Of a DNA stretch of 64,000 nt, positions 36,181 to 46,615 are shown piece by piece. The stretch's first letter is position 1, and every line of letters starts with the position of its first letter. The stretch spans positions 2,046,001 to 2,110,000 of the forward strand of contig MU058636.1 of assembly GCA_013265495.1 (NCBI GenBank). Direction: 5' to 3'. The DNA comes from Vicugna vicugna. Its lineage: Eukaryota. Position numbers and translations under genes: made by a program. The notes beneath the pieces were generated by a model, which saw only the letters and a program-made list of their open reading frames with translations, was not told where the DNA came from and ran no database searches.

Positions 36181-36910
36181 CTATAAGAAAGCAGTTGCAT
36201 AATCAGTGCCTCTCCTTAATCTCATCCACTGGTCTCCTGTGTCTTCTCGGTGCTGTTCTTCTTAATTCTAGGATCCATTTCACCTGCTTCCTTTCCATGA
36301 AGGGAGCAGCTCCCGATGGGCGTGCAGTCACCACAGACCTGAAGCACTTCTTGACAAACACAGACCCCTCGAGGCCCCAAAGTCAAGAAATGCCCTGACT
36401 CCCCTTTGCTACTGTTTCGCAGGACAGCGTCCTAGTAAACAAAGTGGGCAGTCAGGCTCTCCCAGGGAGCACAACTTCCCACAGCCTTTTATCCTAAGCT
36501 GCTGAGACCAGATCACGATGCAGCTGCGTTTCCTGGGAGGACTCCACATGGATGTATTAATAGACACGCTCCTGCGAAGTCGGGTACTCTGAGATTCTGG
36601 CCGGTTTTGAAAACAGCCAAATGACAGTGCGGATGGAGCACGGGTGTCAGGTTTCTCTCTGCTGAAACCCAGTTAGCTTTTCTCCTGCAATTAAGTGCTA
36701 CACGCTGGTCCCCAAGACTCATTGTTCTCAAAACTCTCCACTCACATCAGGACAAATCAAGGCATGTGTGGTGATGGTCACTCTACATTCTAAGGACATA
36801 AATGTAAGTGAGTATGAGGAAAAGTATTTTTATAGCAAAGACGTATGTTTGTGTGAATACCCACAAGTCCAGGCCTGGCTGAGAAATAAACAGTGGAGAG
36901 TGAGGCTGAC

Positions 36911-37008
36911 CTTTCTAGAAGACAAAAACTCCATGCCTCTGGCCACTTGAAAACTGTAAGAAATCAGATCTTCCATCGTGATGGGCTGCTTGTAGAAATC
37001 GTCAGGAT
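36911..37008 (-). CDS. FLT1: FLT1 exon 22: (D)[32 protein letters not shown]
   Basis: ttccag acceptor and gtcagc donor; 98 nt, in phase. Confidence 0.96.
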
Positions 37009-37438
37009 CTGGAAAGCATTAAAAACCGTAACTGTTTGTAATGGCTCACGCTAGTCCACCAAATCCCAGGTTATTGGAACAATGTTAGCAAAACAAAAAA
37101 CAAACCAACAAGTTGATCAGAGTTCATTTTCAAGAGCATTTGAGTTTCAACATGAGTATCAGAGATTTTTCCAGGCCTCTAGCCCATTTTATCCAGGCAT
37201 GGGGGTTGTGGGGGGTGATTCGTTAAGGCAAAAAGGCCCAAGGGGAGACAGTTGTACAGTTCCTTGTCAAAATTAGTAACTCTGTAAATAATCTAAATCC
37301 ACATCTTATCTCCCCAGGACATTACCCTTCGAGTCTCCCACGGATGTTTATTAAGGTGATAAATAAAAAAATTTCAGAGATGCACAGTATGTTGTAAAAA
37401 TATCTCAGACTGTAGGACAGGAAGGAATTAATACCTAC

Positions 37439-37595
37439 CCTCCTCTTCCTCAACATCACTCAGACTTTTATCTTCCTGGAACCCGGAGCTTGCGAAGCTC
37501 TCGCTGCTGGTGACACTGTCTAGTCTTTGTTTCTTGTCTTGCTCCAGGTCCGGCTCCATTTTTTCTTTCTTAGGCTCCATGTGTAATGCTGCATC
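37439..37595 (-). CDS. FLT1: FLT1 exon 21 (kinase insert): [52 protein letters not shown]
   Basis: aaag acceptor and gtaggt donor; inside ORF 37428..37619. Confidence 0.96.
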
Positions 37596-40074
37596 CTTTG
37601 AGCAGACCAAGAAAGACACAGATGAAGGGGACAGAACAACAATGGGGAAACCAGTCCCTCAAGCTGGTGATCACTGGAGTTGGGAGAATATCACCCGACA
37701 AAATAGACAGTAAATTAGTAGCAGGGGCCCCACAGTGGCCAGGTGGCTGGCTGCTCTGGGGCTGTGGGTCTGTCCTGCTCTTGACGGGGCTTCTAGGCAG
37801 CATCGTAGGCAGGATAAGGGAGTATTCACAGAAGCTGGTACTTATTGAGAGCCTGCTCTGTGTGAGCCAGTATCCTAAGCATCTTAGGGGCATTTTCTCA
37901 TTTAATCTTTCCAACAATGTTACGAAGTTGTTCTTGCTTATACATGAAGAAATAGGTTCAGAGAAATCAAGTAATCAAAGTCACATGCAGATAGTAAATG
38001 GCAGAGCTTGAACCCAGGTTTGGCCAGCCCTAGTCTATGCACTTAAGAACTTTTCCAAACTGTGTGCCATCCATGAAAGGTGATCTGGAGCGCTGGAACA
38101 GGAGCCCACTGGTGCTGGGGCTTCGCTTTGTAATCCTGATGAGGAGTCATCAGACAAGGCTGCAGTTGTCAACTTCTCTGGTTTCGTTTCTTTTTCTCCC
38201 CTCCATTCAAAACAAAGGTACAGTTTGATCCTAACAAGGGTAGGAAAGGCCTTTCATCCTGAACTGGGCGCCCAAACCCTGGCGTGTATCTGGCCCTTTC
38301 ATTAACCATGTGATCTTGGGCAAACCACCTTCCTTTTCTGGATTTCTTTTTCCTCATCTGAAAAGCTCGATCATCTTCTTTTTTTTTTTTAATTCTGTAT
38401 GTCCAGGGAAGGAGCTGTTGATTCTGGATGGAACCAGAAAAAACCCTGAATCACCTTTTGTACTTCATCTAATAGCTGTGACACGGAAACAGCACTCCCA
38501 GGGGCTTCATGACTCGACATGTACCTAGTTCAGGTCCACGAGGAGGCAGCACCAACCAGGTGCTGAGAGGGACTGGGGTTCAGTGGTGTCCCTTGGTCTA
38601 CCTGTGTGGTGTGGCAGTGCTAAGATTAAGCAGGCTTGCATCCGACCCTGGCTTTTCTCTGGAGTGTCACAGAGTGGGGTGATCCCTCCACCAGAGGGCG
38701 CAGTGGGAGCAAGCAGAGGACCGAGAAGGGTGCTTCTGCCCCATGAACCCTCAAAGTGTGGAGGGTCCCAGGCTCCTGTCCCTGCAGAGACCTTCCTGGG
38801 CTGCAGAAGGGGAGGGAGGCCTCAGAGTGAACACCCGCCGCCACCCAGATAACCCGCCTGAGAACAGATAGAGAGGGTAACTCTCGGTTACTGTATCTCC
38901 CTGAGGCAGTTAGATTTGATTCTGCTCAGTTGGGCACTGAAGTTTTATTTTCCAAAAGACCCTTCCCAGGACAGAAGGCAGCAGGGAGGGGTGCTGGCAG
39001 AGGTGATGGGGTGAAAAGGGCTCCCGGGCCCACTCAGCGTTCCCTGGGCAGCCTTCCTCCTCCTCCTCGCAAAATCCACAGCCTGGGGCGTGACTCCAAG
39101 GACCTTAACTCACACTCCCCCACACCCTTCCCGACCCCCAAGCAATGGTATCCCGAGCTTTGCTTATTGGTAACTGTCTCTGGTAAATAAAGGTTGATTT
39201 ACTAAACTTTCAGGACTCTGACAGAATACAGTGGATTTATTACAAATAATATTCAAAGATCCTAGTGAGTTTATGTGGAAAATGAAATATCCCGTTTCTA
39301 CTTAGCCTTTCGTTTTTTCCTTCACCTTCTCTTTATATTACTTGAGGTTCCAAGTATGAAATACAGCCATGTGTTTTCCACGAAAACACTAAGCTCCACC
39401 AACAGGGAGGCGAATCATTAAATATAGCCAGAGAAGGAAGCAAGCTCTTCAAAACAAAGGACACACGAACCCAAACGTTCCATCCTGCCCAGGTCCCTGG
39501 GGTATCCTGCTGGCTTAGTTCTTCCTGAAGCCAGCCCAGGATTTCAGGACTGGAGAGAATTTGTACTGCTCTCAGCTCAGGGCACCACTTTCCAGTTTTT
39601 CTTAGGGTTTTTTCTTCTCCTTATCCAGTGTAGTGCACGGAAAAAGCATTGAAGGGGAATCAAGAGAGCTGGGTTCTTTCTCCCTGACTTCACCTCTTGC
39701 TAAGTGTGCATTCTTAAGCCAATCACTTGACTTTTCTATAATGTGAGTGCGAATGAGCTGATCACAGAGGTCCCTTTCTGCTTCGGATTCTAATTATTAG
39801 CGGCCATGGTTTAAAATTGGGGAAAATATGTTCTTGCATCTGTGTTGCCAGTATGGTGGGTCACCTGTGTCTCCGGCTGGATCAGAGTTTGAGAGCTGAG
39901 AGAATGGGCCAGCTGTCTAGTGGTTCTTATTTGTGAAGAATCTTGCCCGCATGACAGAGATGGGCATCGTTCTTGGACGCCATATACTTTATCCGTCATA
40001 CAGCTCATAGAGATGAGTGGCATTCAGCTGGACTGACCCAAACTTTCTATCTCAGTGGGGCAATAATGATGAAG

Positions 40075-40290
40075 ATAGTTCACATTTATTGAGTGATTAA
40101 TGGAATCTGACTCAACAATTCCATGAGGTGGGTTCTATTCTTACCTGCATTTAATAAATGAGGAAACTGAAACTTAAGGAGATGGAGTAACTTGCCCAAG
40201 GTCCCAGATTTCGTGAGTAGTACAGACAGGATTTAAACCCAGGAAATCTGATTCCGAAGTCTGAATGCTTAACCACCACACTACATGGAC
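40075..40290 (-). mobile_element. MIR SINE
   Basis: atgaggaaactga...taacttgcccaaggtc...ggatttaaacccagg...tgcttaaccac. Confidence 0.75.
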
Positions 40291-40921
40291 TTATCACCTA
40301 CACTGCTGATTATAGGTTAATCATGTCAAATCACTGTCTCCAGAGCTTCCCTAGTCCAGAGAAGGGCACAACATTGGTGAGGTAGGTCACACTGGCAAAG
40401 CTTTATTAAAGTCCTTCTCCTCCATTCAGTAATTTCTTTTAAACTTTGTTTGCCTTAGGACTTGGACCCATGTGTTCCTTTAATTGCACAGCCTTATTTT
40501 AGTGGATAAGGCTGGTTCAGTGTGTGTATAGGGGTGACATGGGTGGGGAGAGTGTTGGAGGAGAGGGAGAAAGGGTAATTGGAAGGGAAGGCAATGATTT
40601 CTCTGACCCCATCACTGGTCTGTTGATTGAGTCTTTAATAAATGGAAACAATTATACTTGCAATCATCTTTTAAGAAACGAGTGACTGATTTGTGCACGT
40701 CTAAGAGTGTGCGTGTGTGTATATATATAAAGATAAATTTATCAAGATGATAGGTATTCAGGTGGATGGCTAGTAGATTTTAATCCATAGTTGTCACTGC
40801 ATACAGTAGGATCCAATATTCTCTGTGCTGTACACAAAAAGAGTATGATATATTAGCATGGAAAGAAAAGAATTTTTTAAAAGGAAAAAGCAGAAATTGT
40901 GTTTTAAGCTGTCATTAACAG

Positions 40922-41385
40922 TGTTGACTGAAAAGGAAAAAAAAAAGCACAGTGTAAAAGCTGTGATTCGAGTTTATTCAGTGTCTTTCTGAGGACAATA
41001 GCCCAGGAGACAGCCTCTCAGAAACTGTGCTGATGAGGTAGGGGGAGGTCAGTATGTCTGAGATTTCGGCAAAGAGGGTAAGTACAACCAGACACACATC
41101 TTACGTGTCACAGTCACAGGAAACAGATATCTTAGTTAATGGTTTTAGGGCTTTTCTAAGTATGGGAAGATGCAGGAATCCAGGTTCATAAAAAAAATTT
41201 TTCATGAAAATACCTAACTATATCTGAAGGCCTGTCCCGCCAGTTTTCCCAGAGCAGAGTGTCCCATTCCTAATCTCCTCCCAGAACTCCTTTCGGGGTG
41301 TGTTAAAGGTTACCGACAGCAGCGGTGAGTGACTCAGCCCTCTTACAGCCAGGCGATAGCTAGCGACATTCGTTTTGAGTTGGCA
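40922..41385 (-). mobile_element. ERV1-type solo LTR (MER41-like), same orientation as FLT1
   Basis: ~460 bp bounded by TG...CA, AATAAA on - strand at 40973-40978, MER41-like phrases (tttatt...ctgaggac...gcccaggagacagcctc). No matching TSD seen. Confidence 0.6.
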
Positions 41386-41479
41386 GTGGAAAAATATAGG
41401 TTTCCCTTGCTTTATGCTGCTACAGCCTAAACAGAAACTCACTGCCGTCTTTACAAACCTCCAACCCTCAGTTCCTTAC

Positions 41480-41568
41480 CTTGTTGAGAAAGAACAAGGC
41501 CCGTTTGCTCTTGAGGTAGTTGGATAGATTTCCATACTTGCAGTACTCCACGATCACCATCAGAGGCC
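41480..41568 (-). CDS. FLT1: FLT1 exon 20: (G)[29 protein letters not shown]
   Basis: gcag acceptor and gtaagg donor; kinase hinge VEYC. Confidence 0.96.
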
Positions 41569-41998
41569 CTGCAGCAAAACAGCACATGCTCAGCCACATC
41601 GAGCCGGCCAGCCATATGCCAGCCTTCAGTGGGCCTGAGACACCTCCATCCAACTTGCCTTTATATTAGCGGGGTCTGGAGATGCAACTTAGGGGTGAGA
41701 GATTTCTTTCAATTGAATCTGAGTAGGGGTTTGAAAAATACAAAAGGAACAGGAGACACCTGGGGGATGGGGAAGAAGCAGAAAAAAGAGAAGAGACAAA
41801 AGACTCTGGGGAGGGGAAGGGCCATGGTCAGGGCTCTACCTATAACTAACTGCCAGCCACCGTCTCCACCTGTGAGCCACAGGACACTGTCACACCACCC
41901 TGCCCCCTTCTGGTCCTACTGGCCTGACTGTCCCCATCAGCACAGCAACCTGAGGGTATCTGCACAGAGATTGCCCCGGGGCTTTGGAAAGGCTAAAG

Positions 41999-42097
41999 CA
42001 GGGGTCGGCAAACTTTCTTGCAAAGGGAGAGAGGGTAAATATTTAAAACCGTCAATCTAAGCTCACAGGCTGGCCAGCCATCGTTTGCGGACCCCTG
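41999..42097. mobile_element. 99-bp internally deleted MER58-like MITE with perfect 8-bp TSD
   Basis: TIRs CAGGGGTCGGCAAAC / GTTTGCGGACCCCTG (1 mismatch); GGCTAAAG at 41991-41998 and 42098-42105. Confidence 0.88.
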
Positions 42098-42782
42098 GGC
42101 TAAAGTAGCAAGGTGTTCAGGAAGGAAGAAAAACTTGGGGCTGCACTGCGGATCCCCAGGAAGCCCTGAAAGATTCCGCTGCCTCATCTGTCCCCTCCGA
42201 TGAGGCCCGCGGTGAAGAAAAACTTCCGGTTCCAGGTTAAAGTGGAAGTGCCCTCAGAGAAGCTCCCAAGGGCCCTGCCCTAGGGCATGCTGGGAGTGCT
42301 AACCTTGCCCTAGGAGGGAGGAGGGAATGGTCTTCGAGTCCTCAGTCATAACCACAGCTCTGTTCCTGCACTTGCCCCAGTGGTTGAGGCCTGGGAAGGT
42401 GCTGTCCCCACACCACCTCCTCCTAGGATCCTACCAGGATTGATTCCTTTCTCCAGATGAGGCTTCAAGGAGTGCTCACCCTTTTATGCCTATACCTCAG
42501 CCCCGTTCATACTCCTTCCAAGTCATCCTGAGAAAAATGCCCTCCACTTGACCTCAGGCCTGTGGAAGGAGGTCTAAAAGGGCGTCCTTCGGTTCAGAGC
42601 CTTTAAGTTAAGTGTACATATAAGGAAGGCATTTCCAGGATGGGAGCACCTTCCATAATCGAACAGGCTGCTCCCTCTGGGCTGTTGCGGGGCCATCTTC
42701 CAGGAGATGAGGAGGAGCTGTGGGATGGGGAGCTGCCCCTGGCGTGTGAATGGGGGAGCAGGGGCCCTCCCTTCCCATTTAC

Positions 42783-42896
42783 CTCCTTGCTTGGTACAGG
42801 CTCCCAGCAGGTTGACGACATTCAGATGGTGGCCGATGTGGGTCAGGATCTTGAGCTCGGTCATCAGAGCTTTGTACTCGCTGGCCGTGGCCCCCT
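42783..42896 (-). CDS. FLT1: FLT1 exon 19: (E)[37 protein letters not shown]
   Basis: acag acceptor and gtaaat donor; alphaC helix. Confidence 0.97.
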
Positions 42897-45160
42897 CTGT
42901 GTAAGGAGCAAGGGAGAGTCAGGGTGACAGGGCAATGGGGCTCTTCCTCTGGGGCGGCCGTCCTGCCCGCCAGGTTTGCCACTGCTCAGCCGTTACTGCA
43001 TTGACTTCTCCACATTCTGCAGAAAGGCCAAGCCTCCAGCCTGTTTTTATTCCCCATCCTCTTGAGCCAACATCCTCTTGATTACAGTGAGGCCCAGAGC
43101 GGTAGTGGGGTTTGCCATTGGATGTTTCCTCTTGGTGGCCCTGGTGGTCCTGTTCAGTAATGCACTGACTCAGAGCTGGGCACCTCATGAGAATGCCTTC
43201 CAAAGGCTTCCTACCCTCGGAACCAGAGCCAGCAAGAACCTTCCAGGTGGGGATGCACCCACACCTCACGTCTTTCGCACTTTTCCCCTTTGGAGAGTTA
43301 CCGAGGAGGAGCGAGAGGGGGCCTGCAAGAGCGGAATGGCCGCTTGTGTAAACATCTTTGCCGTGTGTTATTTTCTCCTATAACCTTTTCCTCCCAGCAG
43401 CCTGCAGGGTTATCTCAAGTCGGGAGAATGCATAGGCATCTGACTTCAGCTTCGTTTTCGGAGATAAACAGTATCAGTCTGAGACTCAGCAGAGCCTAAA
43501 GCCTGAATTAAGTTTGTTCTGTCTGTTTTTATTGGTTACTGTCTAAGGCATTTAAAAATGTAAATTATGTTTAGAAGTTTTAAAAAAAAAAGATCATATA
43601 AGCTTGCTGTAAAGTATTTCAACAATATGAAGTTTATCAAGTAAAAAGTGAAAGCCACTTCAACCTGCTTAGAAGTAACCACAGTTAGTCATTTGCAGTT
43701 GCACACCTTTTTCTATGCATTTATAAATATATACCCAATCAAAGGTCCTTTTTGTTTGTTTACATAAATGGGATTATATATATATATATTTTTTAATTTG
43801 CTTTTCCCTTCTTTGAAAAATTTTTTTAATTGAAGTATAGTTGATTTGCAATGTGTGTTAGTTTCAGGTGATTTCCCTCTTTTTAATACATCATAGACTT
43901 TTCCCATGTTTAAAAATTGATTAACGGCATTCCTGACATTTAGACTGTCTACTGTTTCGTTTTGTTTTGTTTTTGCCATTACAAATATGCTGTAATAGAC
44001 AGCCTGTGACCTTTGTGCTCACGTGCAAGTGTTCTGCAGGAGAGTCCTGGAAGTGGGTTGAAGGATGTGCATTTAACATTGTGGTAGACACCGACATGGG
44101 GTTTCATAAGCACAAATCACTTTTTAATAATAACCAGAGAAACTCTAGAAACCTCCCAGTGGGGTTGGGATTGGCTCACAGTAGATGCTCAACAAATATT
44201 TGTTAGACAAATTAGCAACATGATGACTCTTCTCATTCCAGACATGGGCTTAAGGCCCAAAAAGGTTAAAGGTTTTACTCCAAGGGCACTTCGAAAGAGC
44301 TTCTGACTTACGGCCTTTGCTTGACATTCTGCCTTTCTAATTTCTCCCAGAAACAGATGGCTGACCAATTTAAACAAGAAAGCTTGAATGAAAATAGTTT
44401 TTTTTAGGAATTTTATATAATGAGTGATTTGGCAATCTTTTTCAATCAAGGCTGATGGCTTTAAAAAAAAGTAAGCATTTATAAAGCTATTACACACGCC
44501 CTTTCTATATTGCATAGACCAGATTCTCCAGGGCTTTAATAAAAACAAAAACAAAAACAACTCAGGTCAGAATATCCCCCCCTCAAACTCATCCATCCTT
44601 CCATGCATTTATGCCCCTTTTAGCACAGGGGGAAAACCAGGTTCTTTTGTTCAGACTGTCCCATTTATGGGCAGGGTCATAGGTATTATCTTAGGCCCAC
44701 AATCGACAGACACAGGCAGCAGACTTGCCTCGCCTAGAGATGGTGGAAGCAAGCGAGCAAGCAAACAGGGAGGCGCAGCAAGCCAAGGAAGCAGGTGCTT
44801 CCAGGTTGAGTTTTGACTTCTCTCGAGGCTGGATGTAGCTTGCCTCCAGAGTGCAGGCAGGATCCTTTGTAGGATTTTGGAGTGATGGGTCATATCCAGC
44901 AGGCCGGGCCTCTGCAACCTCTCTGTAGCGCTGAGGCTGGGGGTGGGGTGGGGAAGAGCTTGCCCTCAAAGCTGCAAGCCTTGCACTCAGACCTCCCTTC
45001 CACACTGGAGAGCTGTGTGGCCTTGCAGAGGCTGCTTAACCTTCCTGGGCCACATGTCTTCACCTGCAAGCTGGGATAGTAGCATCTACCGCCAAAGGCT
45101 TAGCGAGAACAGGAAGGAAAGTGGCGATCTCATGCGGTCTGCGTTAGAGTATCTCGTCTA

Positions 45161-45251
45161 GGGGGAGGGCACAGCCCAGTGGTAGGGCGCGTGCTTAGCG
45201 TGCATGAGGTCCTGGGGTCAATCCCCAGTACCTCCACCAACAAAAAAAAAA
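45161..45251 (+). mobile_element. Camelid-type tRNA-derived SINE (Vic-1-like)
   Basis: gggggagggc acagcccagtggtag...gcttagc...gaggtcctgggg tcaatccccagtacctcc plus an A-tail. Confidence 0.85.
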
Positions 45252-46510
45252 GTGCCTAGTCTGGTGCTTTCTCCCATGGAAGACGTACTGATGCCTCTTC
45301 TCTTCAGAACCTGGGGTGGGGGGTACAGGGTGAGGTGCTGGAAAGCAGGTCTGCTTCCAGAAACGCCCACCGTTGTCTGGACAGGCCACCTCAAACAAGT
45401 GCAGATTCGTGGAGGTGAAACTCCTTTCCTGGCTACTCTCAGAGCAGGACTGTCGGGCTCTTTGTAAAGTTTTAGCAGAGCCTTCGCTTGACAGCCTTTT
45501 GAAGTGGAAAACATCACCGTATGGGACTTTTTGCAGGGATGGTGTCTCTGCTGGACAAAGACGAAGACTGAAGTCTCCCTGGGCAGGTGGCCCTTTGTCC
45601 TGCAGTCTTTGCCGGCTGCCTGCTTAGTTGGGTGTATAGCTCCCCACTCCCCTCCCCCAAAATCCCGTGGCGGTTTCTTGGAGACTTTGGAAAGCTATAA
45701 ACTGCCCTTTGGGTTCTTAGTCTAGTTTCTTTTTTGGTTTTGGAACCTTAAAACACGTTGAAGTAACATGACAGTTTCATCACAATGAAGAAATGAAGTC
45801 CTGTCTACCCTTTAAAGGACCTAGGAGTCTTTGAGATGTTTGGTTTACACAATCTTCAGTGATTTTCATTTTCACTCTGTGTTAGGATGTGGTTGTAAAT
45901 CACCATGTGGTTTGGCTCCACCTCCCAGTGCTTCACAAAGTGGTGGTATCTTCAACATTAGAAATTTTTTTAAAAATTGAAGTATAGTTTATGATGTGTC
46001 AATTTCTCGTGTACAGGTTTTGTTTTGTTTTCTAAAGAGGAAATGTTTAATGGGCGGGACTTGACAGTATAAAATAGCTTGAGGTTCTGATCAAGTCAAT
46101 CGTCCCAGCTTCATAGTTTTACTTTATAATTAGGTCCAGACCCAGCTAAGCCTTTGAGACTTGTGATGGACAGCTAAGTTTCCACGATAACGTCACTGTG
46201 GATCATTCCAAGATTTTGAAACTGTGGTTATAGTGGACTTAAGGCCCTGGATGAGATGTGGTGGGAGAAGGGTCTTTGAGATGACCAGTCATTTTCCCAG
46301 GGCGGGGCTGGGTTTCATTGCCAGGTCTATTCTGAGCTCTTGCTGGCCCAATCTCAAGCCGCTGAGGTAGAGGGACTTCTAGCAAAAGAAAGTTATGTGG
46401 CCACAGCAGAGCGAGCGTCTGTCTGCTCCTAGGCCAGCTCCGGATCCAACATGCACCAACATTTAGGGAACATAATGGGTGAGTTGAAAGCCAAACTACA
46501 GCATCCATAC

Positions 46511-46615
46511 CTTTCAGCATTTTTACAGCCACAGTCCGGCACGTGGGGGATTTCTTAATGCCAAAAGCCGATGCTTGAACCACTTTTCCAAAAGCCCCTC
46601 TTCCGAGCGATTTGC
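46511..46615 (-). CDS. FLT1: FLT1 exon 18: (G)[34 protein letters not shown]
   Basis: gtag acceptor and gtatgg donor; GxGxxG loop and VAVK lysine. Confidence 0.97.

Noticed and set aside
45161..45240. tRNA-Ala-like sequences (also at ~7010-7090, 50375, 53050-53130, 62870-62945)
   Set aside because: These are SINE heads with A-tails and TSDs and no intact acceptor stem, so they are not tRNA genes.
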